64,000 nucleotides of DNA from an uncultured Pseudomonadota bacterium (GCA_903846555.1 CAINBI010000077.1:5145-69144); one strand, 5' to 3'. Shown: positions 27,659-37,765, counted from the first letter of the stretch. A program made the numbers and translations. Notes: generated from the letters alone by a model not told the origin.

Positions 27659-29178
27659 AGAAATTACTCTGCGCCCTAGTTTTTATCTCAGCTAACTTCT
27701 CGGCACATGCAGAGCTACCAAGCACGGTGGCCGATGCGCTAAAGAAAGCGGCCATTCCGCAAGATAGCGTGGCGGTCATCATACGATCTGTGGATGGAGC
27801 AAACCCCGTGATTACGCACAATGGTGCTAAAAGCTTAAATCCTGCGTCGGTCATGAAGCTGGTAACAACTAATGCGGCACTAGATTTACTCACGCCAGCG
27901 TATCGCTGGAAAACCGAGATTTACCAAGACGGTGTTGTGAGTAATGGTGTGCTAACAGGTAATTTGATTATTAAGGCTTACGGCGACCCAAGCTTTAAAG
28001 CGCAGGAATTCTGGCACTTGCTGATGCGTTTGCAACAGGCGGGCATCAAAGAAATTAAGGGAGATTTAATGATAGATAAAAGTTATTTTGCGAAAAATAA
28101 CGGCAATATCAATTCGTTTGATGATGAACCATGGCGGGCCTATAACGCAATGCCGAGTGCATTTTTGGTAAATGGTAGAAACACCAGCTTTAAGTTTGTA
28201 GTGGATGCCAGCGACGTGAACAATAGTCGCGTGAGTATCGCCCAAGAGTTTGCGCTGCCAGAGTTGAAAATTATTAATAATATGAAGCTGATGCAAGGCG
28301 CTTGCGGAGAATGGCGCAGCCATTTTGGCTATACCATTACAAGCAGTGACAGTGGTAAAGATACTGGCGCGAAAGGCGATGCTGCCAAAACTGGTAGCAC
28401 GGTCGTCACATTTAATGGCGGTTTTTCGCCTGAATGCGGTGAGCGTTATTTAGAGTTAAGTGTGTTTAACGATGATCAATACGCGTTTTACACCTTTAAA
28501 AAACTGTGGCTTGAGTTGGGTGGAAAGTTTTCTGGACAGTTAAAAATACTAGATAAACCTGTTAGCGCAGTAAAAGTGCTTGAGCAATTATCTGAGCCAT
28601 TAGGCTCTGTAGTGCGCGATATTAATAAATGGAGCAATAATCTAATGGCGCGGCAGTTATTGCTAACCATTGCCGCTGAAAAAATATCACTGCCAGCCAC
28701 TGAAGCCTCTGGAGCCGTTGCCATTAAAGCATGGCTTGCCAGTAAAACATTCAATGGGAGTGGATTAAACTTTGATGAATTGGTGATTGAAAACGGCTCG
28801 GGATTATCGCGTACCGAGCGCATTAGTGCCGAGCATTTATCGCAAATGTTAGTGAGTGCCTACAACAGTCCTGTGATGCCTGAATTTATGAGTTCGCTGC
28901 CGATATTATCGTTAGATGGCACCGTGATGAAACGTCTTAAAGATAGCCGTGTTAGCGCACATGCACATCTAAAAACTGGCTCTCTCGATGGTGTCAGCGC
29001 AATTGCTGGCTACGTGCTGGATAAAGAAAATAAACGCCATGTGCTAGTGATGATGGTTAATCACGCAAAAGCTGGCGCGAGTAAGGCTGCGCAAGATGCG
29101 CTGATTGAGTGGGCTTATAATCAATCCAGTAATCAAGCCAGCGGCCAAGCTAGCAACCAAGCGCACAATCAGCGGTGA
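27655..29178 (+). CDS. dacB: D-alanyl-D-alanine carboxypeptidase/endopeptidase (PBP4)
   Basis: 507 aa; signal peptide, SVMK (SxxK), SNN and KTG motifs. ATGA overlap with bioA. Degenerate (S-N/G-Q-A)n tail. Confidence 0.9.
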   Translation: MKKLLCALVFISANFSAHAELPSTVADALKKAAIPQDSVAVIIRSVDGANPVITHNGAKSLNPASVMKLVTTNAALDLLTPAYRWKTEIYQDGVVSNGVLTGNLIIKAYGDPSFKAQEFWHLLMRLQQAGIKEIKGDLMIDKSYFAKNNGNINSFDDEPWRAYNAMPSAFLVNGRNTSFKFVVDASDVNNSRVSIAQEFALPELKIINNMKLMQGACGEWRSHFGYTITSSDSGKDTGAKGDAAKTGSTVVTFNGGFSPECGERYLELSVFNDDQYAFYTFKKLWLELGGKFSGQLKILDKPVSAVKVLEQLSEPLGSVVRDINKWSNNLMARQLLLTIAAEKISLPATEASGAVAIKAWLASKTFNGSGLNFDELVIENGSGLSRTERISAEHLSQMLVSAYNSPVMPEFMSSLPILSLDGTVMKRLKDSRVSAHAHLKTGSLDGVSAIAGYVLDKENKRHVLVMMVNHAKAGASKAAQDALIEWAYNQSSNQASGQASNQAHNQR

Positions 29179-29306
29179 ATCAATAATACTATGCGTAGCG
29201 CTCAGCGAACTTGTATGACTTTGCGGTATCATGTTGCCTGAAATATATTTTCGCGAAATAGTGTGCATCAATATATTTACCACTTTCAAAACTCAAGGTC
29301 GTTAAT

Positions 29307-29798
29307 ATGAAACTTTTTAGCCTTTTGTTGGCATGCGCGTGTGCAGTTACACTCAATGCTTGCAAAGCCGAATCTAATGCGGCAAAAACGCCAAACTCAT
29401 CAACCAAGGCAACATCAACCAAGGAAAAACCAGCCATGACACAAAATACAATCACCGAATTACAAAAAATTGACACACAAGTAGGAACAGGCCGTGAAGC
29501 TGAAGCAGGCTTTAACGTGACCGTACATTACACCGGCTGGCTTTATGAGGCAGCAGCCGAAGGCCATAAAGGCAAAAAATTCGATAGCAGCCTAGACCGT
29601 AAGCAACCATTCAATTTCTTTTTAGGCGGCGGCCAAGTGATCCAAGGTTGGGATGAAGGTTTTGCTGGTATGAAAATTGGTGGTAAACGCACCTTGGTGA
29701 TTCCTTCAGAAATGGGCTACGGCGCGCGCGGTGCAGGTGGTGCAATTCCGCCAAATGCAGCATTGATTTTTGATGTTGAATTGCTAGACGTTAAGTAA
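29307..29798 (+). CDS. FKBP-type peptidyl-prolyl cis-trans isomerase (lipoprotein)
   Basis: Lipobox LNAC; FKBP core VHYTGWL..G.KFDSS...F.LG.G.VI.GWDEG..GMK.GG.R.L.IP...YG. Confidence 0.92.
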   Translation: MKLFSLLLACACAVTLNACKAESNAAKTPNSSTKATSTKEKPAMTQNTITELQKIDTQVGTGREAEAGFNVTVHYTGWLYEAAAEGHKGKKFDSSLDRKQPFNFFLGGGQVIQGWDEGFAGMKIGGKRTLVIPSEMGYGARGAGGAIPPNAALIFDVELLDVK

Positions 29799-29814
29799 AC
29801 TGGATTAAGTAAAG

Positions 29815-29950
29815 TGTAGGAGCGCAATTGATTGCGCGAAAGCAATGTTGAGATAACCACCGTAGCATTCGCGATTTAAGCCAGTATTTGGCTTCCCCAC
29901 ATAATATATGTGCTAAAGCACATTATTTTGAGTGAAAAATCGCTCCTACA
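29815..29950. repeat. REP/REPIN-like inverted pair with GTAG heads
   Basis: tGTAGGAGCG-gcgcaat tg attgcgc-GAA at 29815-29840. The inverted partner ttcgcga...tcgctcctaca ends at 29950. The termini tgtaggagcg/cgctcctaca are 10/10 complementary. Confidence 0.6.
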
Positions 29951-29959
29951 GGAGAAAAT

Positions 29960-30397
29960 ATGAGAGTTCTTGTTAAATGGATAGATGGCGTCAGCTTTGT
30001 CGGTGAATCTGAATCTGGTCATGCGGTAGTGCTAGATGGTGCGCCAGAAAATGGTGGCCGTAACATTGGCATGCGCCCAATGGAGATGTTGCTGATTGGG
30101 ATGGGCGGTTGTACATCATTTGATGTAGTAGCCATCCTTAAAAAAGCACGGCAGCCGATTGTGGCTTGCGTGGCAGAAATTGATGCAACACGCGCCGATG
30201 AGATTCCAAAAGTATTCACTAAAATCCATGTGCATTTTGTGGTGACAGGGGATAATTTGAATGCTACGCAAGTTGAACGCGCAGTGAAATTGTCGGCAGA
30301 AAAATATTGTTCAGCTTCAATTATGTTGAGCAAAAGTGTCGAGATTACACATGACTTTGAAATTAAACCTGCCACGGCTGCAAGCAGCGATGTCTGA
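29960..30397 (+). CDS. OsmC family protein
   Basis: 145 aa; GMGGCTSFDV and the second Cys in EKYCSAS are typical of the OsmC/Ohr fold. Confidence 0.88.
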   Translation: MRVLVKWIDGVSFVGESESGHAVVLDGAPENGGRNIGMRPMEMLLIGMGGCTSFDVVAILKKARQPIVACVAEIDATRADEIPKVFTKIHVHFVVTGDNLNATQVERAVKLSAEKYCSASIMLSKSVEITHDFEIKPATAASSDV

Positions 30398-30818
30398 GTT
30401 TAATGCAAGCAGGCCAAGTGGCATGCTTGGCATAAGACATGTGGCATTATTTGTAAAAGAGTTAGAAGTCTGCGTTAAGTTTTATGTTGATATTATGGGG
30501 ATGCAGATTGAGTGGCAACCTGACGCTGACAATGTGTATTTAACCAATCAGGGTGATGTGTTTGCATTACACCGTGTTGATTACACACCGCAAGCGCAAC
30601 AAAGGTTAGATCACATCGGCTTTGTGCTGAATTCAGCTGAAGATGTAGATCATTGGTACGATTATTTTGTGAAACAGGGTGTGAAAATTACCGAAGCACC
30701 CAAAACGCACCGTGACGGCGCGCGTGGTTTTTACTGTTTAGATGCGGTAGGCCATTTGCTTGAGCTAATTTATCATCCGCCCATTACTCAGCTTCAAAAA
30801 ACTAGAGCCGCTGATTAA
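30390..30818 (+). CDS. VOC (glyoxalase/bleomycin-resistance/dioxygenase) family protein
   Basis: IRHVALFV...DHIGF...LELI pattern. The ATG at 30390 overlaps the OsmC stop (ATGTCTGA); the track's 30336 start would overlap 62 nt. Confidence 0.8.
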   Translation: MSEFNASRPSGMLGIRHVALFVKELEVCVKFYVDIMGMQIEWQPDADNVYLTNQGDVFALHRVDYTPQAQQRLDHIGFVLNSAEDVDHWYDYFVKQGVKITEAPKTHRDGARGFYCLDAVGHLLELIYHPPITQLQKTRAAD

Positions 30819-30837
30819 AAACTGAGCTTGGCTGGTG

Positions 30838-31164
30838 CTATGATGGTTGGCTCTCAGTGACTTTGACCGTTAGCGGTTGTTCGTCTTCTAGCAGATTTAA
30901 TAGTCGATCTACATTCGGGTGTTTGCCTGGGCAGTTTTCGGCGTCACTCGTATGTTCTGCAAATAAACTTAAACCTTCAACTGCGGCATCCAAAGAAATC
31001 TCTCCGTACATACGAAACAGGTGGTAATACACCTTAACGGAACCTAGGCTGCCCGGTTTGTTCTCAATGGTCCCTGCAGGGCTGCCGTCACCGTTAAAAA
31101 GCTCAATACGTTGCACATGTGAGGCATCGTCAAGCGTTAGTAATACATCGCTGAATTTTTGCAT
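30838..31164 (-). CDS. Hypothetical protein (108 aa)
   Basis: ORF downstream of coq7 on the same strand (14-nt gap). No family recognised. Confidence 0.5.
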   Translation of the reverse strand: MQKFSDVLLTLDDASHVQRIELFNGDGSPAGTIENKPGSLGSVKVYYHLFRMYGEISLDAAVEGLSLFAEHTSDAENCPGKHPNVDRLLNLLEDEQPLTVKVTESQPS

Positions 31165-31178
31165 TTAATACTGACCTT

Positions 31179-31808
31179 TTATAAATAGTATGTTGAAGTT
31201 GTCATCAACGTTGAAATTTGTTTCATTAAAAATTTTGCCGGCGCAGGCAATTCTGCTGCGCCAAGTTGTTTGGCATCGTACGCATGTTTGGCTTCATCCT
31301 GCTGCATTTGCTCAACAATTTTTCGAGTCTTATGGTCTGTTTGTGGTAGTTTATTAAGGTGGCTAGCTAAGTGTGCTTCAACCTGCTTTTCTGTTTCTGC
31401 CACAAAACCTAAGTTCCATTTATCCCCTAACACTCCAGCAATCACGCCCATGCTAAATGCGCCTGCATAAAATAAGGGGTTAAGTAAACTGGTGTGTCCG
31501 CCTAATTGCGCAATACGTGTTTCACACCATGCCAAATGTTCAGTTTCTTCAAGCGCAGCTTGCTTTAATGCGGCGGTAGTTTCGGGGCGGTGCGCGGTGA
31601 GCGCCTGACCGCTATATAAAGCTTGCGCACAAACTTCACCCGTATGGTTTACGCGCATGAGTGCGCTGGCATGTTTTTTTTCAGCATCGCTAAGCTCAGC
31701 CTCATCAATGCCTACATCTGGATGCGCACGTACACTTCGTGGCTTGGCAAATAGCGTGCGTAAGCCCGTGTCGAACTCAATAATTAAGGTGTCTAATTTA
31801 GTGAACAT
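31179..31808 (-). CDS. coq7: Demethoxyubiquinone hydroxylase (Coq7 family)
   Basis: 209 aa di-iron protein; [14 protein letters not shown] and EEx2H-type repeats. Confidence 0.9.
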   Translation of the reverse strand: MFTKLDTLIIEFDTGLRTLFAKPRSVRAHPDVGIDEAELSDAEKKHASALMRVNHTGEVCAQALYSGQALTAHRPETTAALKQAALEETEHLAWCETRIAQLGGHTSLLNPLFYAGAFSMGVIAGVLGDKWNLGFVAETEKQVEAHLASHLNKLPQTDHKTRKIVEQMQQDEAKHAYDAKQLGAAELPAPAKFLMKQISTLMTTSTYYL

Positions 31809-31882
31809 AGTGATAGTTTACGCTTAAATTACTTTCTAAAGCCAGCATTTGGCTTTCGTTTTAAATAATGTATTTTATTGAA

Positions 31883-33061
31883 TTATGCGGCTTGATAGCC
31901 CATCTGCTTTGCAATTATTTGTAATGGGTGTAACACGGAAACCACTAAATTTTGTTCACGCAAACCATTGGCAATATGTAAGCTACAGCCGATGTTTGAT
32001 GTCGCCAGTATGACCACCTTACTTGCTTTAATGGCGGTTAATTTGTCATTCAATAAACTGTCTGCCATCTCGCTTTGCGTGAGGATATACGCACCAGCTC
32101 CCCCGCAACATTGGCTGTTGCCTGCGAGAGCTGATATATCTGCATTAGGTATTTTTTTGAGTAACGCGTAAACCGCTAGATGGCTTTTTTGCACATTTTT
32201 TAAGGTGCAAGGATCTTGCACAAAAATGCGTTCACTCAAAGGTTCAATCGGTGCGTCAGTCCAATCGCAGGTCACTAGAAACGCGCTGATATCTTGAATT
32301 TTGTAATCTGCCAAGTAGTCGTTAAGGCCAGCGCCACAGCCACTGGCAACGGTTAGTATCGGCATATTTGGATCAAAGCTACGTTGATTTAACGCGACTA
32401 GTTTATTCGATTCAGCAACATCGCCCATTTGTCTGGCGATGCTACCGCAGCAGGTTTGCTGAGTAGGAATATGCACATCGAAGCCAAGTTTATTTAATAC
32501 GTAAATACTAGCTTTTAGTGTTTGACTATCTAGCGCGCTACTGGCACAGCCTAAAAATAAGCTGACAGCACCTTTTTTAGGGCTGGTCGTCGCGTATAGA
32601 GATTTCCATGCTACGGGCATATCAAGAACAGGCAATAATTTAGCCGCTGGGCTTAGTTGTTTTAGTATGCTACTAAGCTTGCATTGCTGTGCCAGCCAAA
32701 TTGGCCAAATGAGCGCATTCGCTAAATAGCGGTGACGAATAAACAGCTTTGCCAGCGTTAACCAAGCACTTTTTTTCTGCATAAAAAGCGCGCGAGAAGT
32801 ATCAACTAAAGCCCCGTAATTAACACTATTTGGGCAAGCTGTTTCGCAACTGCGGCAGTTTAAACATAAGTCGATATGCGCATTAAAGCGAGCGTTGTTA
32901 GGTAGAATGTCTTGCGCCACAGCGCGCATTAACTGAATACGTCCACGCGGTGAATCTGCCTCAGAGCCAGTTTTTTTATAGGTAGGACAGTGTGGTAAGC
33001 ACAAACCACAGGCCACGCAACGCTCCGCCTCTACAATCAATTCTTTTATGGATAAAGTCAT
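31883..33061 (-). CDS. (Fe-S)-binding protein, GlcF/HdrD-like
   Basis: CVACGLCLPHCP and CLNCRSCETACP ferredoxin motifs plus C-terminal CCG-type cysteine clusters. No glcD/glcE next to it. Confidence 0.8.
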   Translation of the reverse strand: MTLSIKELIVEAERCVACGLCLPHCPTYKKTGSEADSPRGRIQLMRAVAQDILPNNARFNAHIDLCLNCRSCETACPNSVNYGALVDTSRALFMQKKSAWLTLAKLFIRHRYLANALIWPIWLAQQCKLSSILKQLSPAAKLLPVLDMPVAWKSLYATTSPKKGAVSLFLGCASSALDSQTLKASIYVLNKLGFDVHIPTQQTCCGSIARQMGDVAESNKLVALNQRSFDPNMPILTVASGCGAGLNDYLADYKIQDISAFLVTCDWTDAPIEPLSERIFVQDPCTLKNVQKSHLAVYALLKKIPNADISALAGNSQCCGGAGAYILTQSEMADSLLNDKLTAIKASKVVILATSNIGCSLHIANGLREQNLVVSVLHPLQIIAKQMGYQAA

Positions 33062-33160
33062 GGCGCTATTATAAACCTTGCATTGTTAGCCTAGCGCAAG
33101 CTTGCTATATAAAATGGCGATTTGGCGCTCAATTTTATTGCTAACTACTAATTTCAGACA

Positions 33161-33190
33161 TAAAAAATCCGCCTTGTGCTAAGGCGGATT
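33161..33190 (-). terminator. Rho-independent terminator of ctpA
   Basis: atccgcc/ggcggat stem followed on the minus strand by tttttt. Confidence 0.75.
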
Positions 33191-33210
33191 TTATGGCTTG
33201 CTGTGAAGAG

Positions 33211-34653
33211 CTAGTTTCCTAGCGTAGCCTCAACTTTTGCAGGCTCAGACTTAATGACAGGCTTACCTTTAAGAAAATTCATCGCTTGCGTGAACTGAAT
33301 ATCATCTTTGCTGGCAGGCTCAATTGGTGCTGTAGGTTCTGCATATTTCTTCTCTTTCAGCTTTTCTTTAGCGGCCTCTTTAGCTGGAGGCGCTGCTTCA
33401 GTTGGCACGCCTGCTTGAGGGTCTTTAGGGTTGGATAAATGGCGCGTTAAATCCGCTTCATGAATGTTGTATGATTGATCGGATCCGTCTTCAACCAGAT
33501 AATCTGGCTCAATGCCTTTGGCCTGTATTGATCGACCTTTTGGTGTGAAATAACGCGCAGTGGTCAGTTTGATTGCCGCACCATTATTCATTGGCATAAT
33601 GGTTTGCACAGAACCTTTACCAAAAGTGCGGATGCCAATTAAGGTGGCGCGTTTGTGGTCTTGTAATGCACCAGCCACAATTTCTGAGGCAGAAGCTGAA
33701 CCCGCGTTGATTAACACCACCATCGGTACCGTCTTCAAGTCTTCAGGAACGTCGCGGATGTAATCATTCGCTATGCCACCACGCGCATAATTTTCTGGGC
33801 TCACAGTAAGGTTCATTTTAGAGTCAGTTGCACGGCCTTCGGTATAAACTACTAGCGTATCTTTTGGTAAAAATGCCGCCGCAACGCCTACCGCACCATT
33901 CAACAAACCCCCTGGATCGTTGCGAAGATCTAAAACAAAGCCTTTAAATGGACCTTTATTTTCATCGTGCATGATTTTAATGGCTTTTGCCAAATCTTCA
34001 CCAGTGTGTTCTTGAAACTGTGTGACTCTGGCATAAGCATAGCCAGGCTCAGTCATTTTATATTTCACACTTTTATTTTTGATAATGGCGCGTACTAGTG
34101 TGAACAATAGTGGTTTAGTTTCATTTTTACGCAACACGGTTAATACAATAGAAGTGTCTGGTTTGCCGCGCATACGTTTCACTGCATCATTTAAGCTCAA
34201 ACCTTTTACTGGCGTGTCATCTAGTTTCATAATGAGATCGCCACTTTTAATACCAGCTTTGTAGGCCGGAGAGTCTTCAATCGGTGAAATCACTTTCACC
34301 AAGCCGTCTTCCATGCCTACTTCTATGCCTAGGCCACCAAACTCACCTTGTGTAGAGGCTTGCATGTCCTTAAAAGCATCAACATCCATATAGGTAGAGT
34401 GCGGGTCTAAGCCCGTTAACATGCCGCTGATTGCCTCAGAAATCAGTTTTTTATCGGTTACGGGTTCTACGTAATCACTTTTAATTTTACCGAATACTTC
34501 CGCAAATGCGCGTAAATCTTCAAGTGGCAATTGCGGCTGAGCCATTTTCTCGGCGACAGCAGAATAAGTCAAACTCAACATGAGACCAAGCATTAAGCCA
34601 GAGCCAACAAGGCCGATTTTGGTAAAACGTTGATATTTATTTTTAACTTGCAT
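33211..34653 (-). CDS. ctpA: Carboxy-terminal processing protease (S41 family)
   Basis: 480 aa; PDZ segment (GIEV...GDLI) and S41 core (VLINAGSASASEI, catalytic Ser/Lys region). Confidence 0.92.
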   Translation of the reverse strand: MQVKNKYQRFTKIGLVGSGLMLGLMLSLTYSAVAEKMAQPQLPLEDLRAFAEVFGKIKSDYVEPVTDKKLISEAISGMLTGLDPHSTYMDVDAFKDMQASTQGEFGGLGIEVGMEDGLVKVISPIEDSPAYKAGIKSGDLIMKLDDTPVKGLSLNDAVKRMRGKPDTSIVLTVLRKNETKPLLFTLVRAIIKNKSVKYKMTEPGYAYARVTQFQEHTGEDLAKAIKIMHDENKGPFKGFVLDLRNDPGGLLNGAVGVAAAFLPKDTLVVYTEGRATDSKMNLTVSPENYARGGIANDYIRDVPEDLKTVPMVVLINAGSASASEIVAGALQDHKRATLIGIRTFGKGSVQTIMPMNNGAAIKLTTARYFTPKGRSIQAKGIEPDYLVEDGSDQSYNIHEADLTRHLSNPKDPQAGVPTEAAPPAKEAAKEKLKEKKYAEPTAPIEPASKDDIQFTQAMNFLKGKPVIKSEPAKVEATLGN

Positions 34654-34774
34654 GTATTATTCCCAAACAATGATAACTTGATTCATTAAGACAAACTTAG
34701 TTTTAATAGTTTCAGCCAGAGTAAATTATATTCTGTGTAACCTAATTCAAAGTATAACAGTAAGGACATCTAAA

Positions 34775-35059
34775 TTGATTAAGCACAACATTGAAATTAC
34801 CTATTGCACGCAATGTCGATGGCTTTTGCGCGCGGCTTGGTTGGCGCAAGAGTTGCTAACAACTTTTGAGCAGGATCTAGCGAGCGTAGCACTGAAGCCG
34901 GGTAGTAGCGGTATTTTTGAGATTACGCTAAATCAGCAGTTGATTTTTTCGCGTAAGGAGGCTGGTCGTTTTCCTGAAGCAAAAGAGCTAAAGCAGTTGG
35001 TGCGTGATCAAATTGACCCTGATCGTGATTTGGGTCATAGCGATAAGCCTGTTATCTGA
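34775..35059 (+). CDS. Rdx (SelW/SelT/SelH-like) family redox protein, Cys form
   Basis: ITYCTQCRWLLRAAWLAQELL is the family signature. TTG start. CxxC is encoded by TGC/TGT, with no in-frame TGA. Confidence 0.8.
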   Translation: MIKHNIEITYCTQCRWLLRAAWLAQELLTTFEQDLASVALKPGSSGIFEITLNQQLIFSRKEAGRFPEAKELKQLVRDQIDPDRDLGHSDKPVI

Positions 35060-35097
35060 CGCAAGCCAGTACGCTATTTTTATTGAGCTAATGCGGG

Positions 35098-35646
35098 TTA
35101 TTTAGCCGTGGCTTTTAGCTGATCCATCCGTTGCGCACCACTAAATCGGCTTGCCCAATAGTTTTCTTGCATGTTATCTACGCGCACTTTGCCACCAGTG
35201 CTGGGAGAGTGAACAAAGCGATTGTTACCTAAATAAATGCCCACATGAGAAAACGTATTTTTGAGGGTATTAAAAAACACCAAATCGCCAGGTTGCAATT
35301 CATTTTTAGGGATGGTTTGACCCAGTTGACTAATTGCCAGAGCGCTATGCGGTAAAGTTAAGCTGGCCGCTTGCTTAAATACATAGCGTACAAAACCACT
35401 ACAATCAAACCCTGTTTCAGGGGTGTTGCCGCCTCGCGTATATTTAATGCCAGTCAGGCTTAGCGCATTAACTAATACTTCACTCGCACGGCCAGACCAG
35501 TTTTCTGGGTTTTCATCTGCGCTAGTTTGTTCTGATGTAGTGCTTTCTACTGGCATGGACTCGACTGCTGCACATGATGCACTGGTTAAAGCCAGCGCAA
35601 TGGACAATAGATAACGCGTTCGAATTTTAAGGATAGTTTTAATCAC
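35098..35646 (-). CDS. NlpC/P60 (C40) peptidoglycan endopeptidase lipoprotein
   Basis: Lipobox TSASC; catalytic DCSGFVRYVF ... HVGIYLGNNRFVH. Confidence 0.9.
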   Translation of the reverse strand: MIKTILKIRTRYLLSIALALTSASCAAVESMPVESTTSEQTSADENPENWSGRASEVLVNALSLTGIKYTRGGNTPETGFDCSGFVRYVFKQAASLTLPHSALAISQLGQTIPKNELQPGDLVFFNTLKNTFSHVGIYLGNNRFVHSPSTGGKVRVDNMQENYWASRFSGAQRMDQLKATAK

Positions 35647-35709
35647 AGTGAGATTATAAGAAATTAAATTGAAAACGCAAAATGCTAAATTTAATTTACA
35701 TTTTGCAAC

Positions 35710-37665
35710 ATGCTAAGTCATGGGATAATCACACCCCTTATGAGCACACTTACCATTCGCCAAGTTTTTGAAAAAGACGGCATTTTAGCCAAACAGATTG
35801 AAGGCTACAGTGAACGCTTGCAACAGTTAGAAATGGCGCTAGCAATTGCTGATGCCATTAAAAACAACACGCAGCTTGTGGCTGAAGCGGGTACAGGTAC
35901 AGGTAAAACCTTCGCCTATTTGGTGCCGGCGTTGCTCACTGGCGGTAAGGTGATTATTTCCACAGGGACCAAGAACTTACAAGATCAGTTGTACGGCCGC
36001 GATTTGCCTAATGTGCGCGATGCCTTAAAAGTACCAGTGACCGTGGCTATGTTAAAAGGCCGCGCTAATTACGTGTGCCATTATCATCTTGAGCGTGCCG
36101 AGCAGGAAGGCCGATTTTCCTCGCGTGATGATGCAAAATATGTACATGTAATTAAAGCCTTTGCGGAAAACAGCAAAACTGGCGACAAAAGTGAGCTTAA
36201 TTCGGTGCCAGAAAACGCCATGATTTGGGCAAGCGTCACCTCCACCCGCGACAATTGTCTAGGCTCAGATTGCGCTTATTATAAAGAATGCTTTGTGATG
36301 GAAGCCCGTAAAAAGGCACTGGTAGCCGATGTGGTGGTGGTGAATCACCACCTATTCTTTGCCGATGTTATGCTACGTGACGAAGGTGTAGCTGAGCTAT
36401 TGCCCACGGCCAATACGGTGATATTCGATGAAGCGCACCAATTGCCAGAAGTCGCTGGGCTATTCTTTGGCGAAGATGTTTCAACTAGCCAGTTACATGA
36501 GTTGGCGCAAGATTGCATGGCCGCGCATTTAACGCTGGCCAAAGATTGCATCGAGTTAGGCAAGGCGATTCCTGTCTTAGAAAAAGCCGCAAAAGACTTC
36601 AGGTTAATTTTTGCTTACGAAGGCTCGCGCTTACCCGTGCAAAAAGCATTGGCTTTAAAAGGATTTGAAGAGGCTTACAAGCACATGCAAATTCAATTAA
36701 AAGTGCTGGAAAAAGTACTTGAAACCCAAGCCGCGCGTGATCCTCTGTTGGAAAAGTGCTGGCAACGTAGCGAGGCTTTGTATGATTTATTTAGTCGCTG
36801 GCAATCTGCGGAAAATAATAACCTGGTGCGCTGGGTAGAGGTTTTTACCCATTCAGTACAACTCCACGCGACCCCTTTAAGCGTGGCTGAAGGTTTCGGA
36901 AAACAACTTAATGCGCAACCGCGTGCATGGATATTTACCTCGGCTACGCTGGCGGTTAAAAGTGATTTTAGCCACTATATCCAGCAAATGGGCTTGCAAG
37001 ATGCCAAAACAGGTTTTTGGGAAAGCCCGTTCAACTACCAAGAGCAGGCGCTATTATATGTTCCACCCGACATGCCAGACCCCAACAGCCCAAGCTACAC
37101 ATCGTGCGTAGTAGTTGCAGCCCTGCCAGTATTACAGGCCAGCGGCGGCAGAGCTTTCGTACTTTCTACCAGCTTGCGTGCCATGCGTGAAATTCATGCT
37201 TTACTGAAAGAAGCCTTTGCCGAGAATGGCATCGAAAGCCCATTGTTGTTGCAAGGCGAGTGCTCACGCACTGAGCTGCTAGACCGCTTTCGCCGATTAG
37301 GCAATGCCGTATTAGTCGGCTCTCAAAGTTTTTGGGAGGGCGTGGATGTGCGCGGCGAAGCATTAAGTGTGGTGATTATCGATAAGCTGCCATTCGCCCC
37401 GCCGGATGACCCAGTGTTATCGGCAAGGGTCGATAAGCTCAATGCAGAAGGTAAAAATGCTTTTATGGAATATCAGTTGCCGTACTCGGTGATCACCTTA
37501 AAGCAAGGCGCTGGTCGCTTGATCCGGGATGAGAATGATAGAGGCGTGTTGATGATTTGTGACCCACGTCTGATTACTAAGTCGTATGGTAAAAAAATCT
37601 GGCAAAGTTTGCCGCCATTTAAACGAACGCGAGAGATTGCCGATGTGCAGGCCTTTTTTGCTTGA
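35710..37665 (+). CDS. ATP-dependent DNA helicase, DinG/YoaA (XPD-like Fe-S) family
   Basis: AGTGTGKT Walker A, DEAH box (FDEAHQL), four Cys between motifs I and II. The second Met (35740) is a plausible true start. Confidence 0.88.
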   Translation: MLSHGIITPLMSTLTIRQVFEKDGILAKQIEGYSERLQQLEMALAIADAIKNNTQLVAEAGTGTGKTFAYLVPALLTGGKVIISTGTKNLQDQLYGRDLPNVRDALKVPVTVAMLKGRANYVCHYHLERAEQEGRFSSRDDAKYVHVIKAFAENSKTGDKSELNSVPENAMIWASVTSTRDNCLGSDCAYYKECFVMEARKKALVADVVVVNHHLFFADVMLRDEGVAELLPTANTVIFDEAHQLPEVAGLFFGEDVSTSQLHELAQDCMAAHLTLAKDCIELGKAIPVLEKAAKDFRLIFAYEGSRLPVQKALALKGFEEAYKHMQIQLKVLEKVLETQAARDPLLEKCWQRSEALYDLFSRWQSAENNNLVRWVEVFTHSVQLHATPLSVAEGFGKQLNAQPRAWIFTSATLAVKSDFSHYIQQMGLQDAKTGFWESPFNYQEQALLYVPPDMPDPNSPSYTSCVVVAALPVLQASGGRAFVLSTSLRAMREIHALLKEAFAENGIESPLLLQGECSRTELLDRFRRLGNAVLVGSQSFWEGVDVRGEALSVVIIDKLPFAPPDDPVLSARVDKLNAEGKNAFMEYQLPYSVITLKQGAGRLIRDENDRGVLMICDPRLITKSYGKKIWQSLPPFKRTREIADVQAFFA

Positions 37666-37765
37666 TCGGCTTTAGTTAAGCCGCAGTTGTTGCCTTTAGG
37701 TGATGTGGCGGGCTGACTATTGGCGAAAGTAATGCAAGCAAAGCCCCCGCGTTTCATCAAAACAG

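Noticed and set aside
29128-29175. Degenerate 12-nt repeats encoding (S-N/G-Q-A)x3-HNQR at the PBP4 C-terminus, and the (PA)n / VAEVAPP-VAEPGG repeats in the 552-833 lipoprotein.
   Set aside because: These are low-complexity tails or linkers of exported proteins. They are probably slippage-prone, but nothing indicates a discrete function.
34775-35059. Possible selenoprotein (Rdx/SelW-like family often carries CxxU).
   Set aside because: The redox motif is CTQC, encoded by TGC...TGT. There is no in-frame TGA and no SECIS-like hairpin, so this is the ordinary Cys form.
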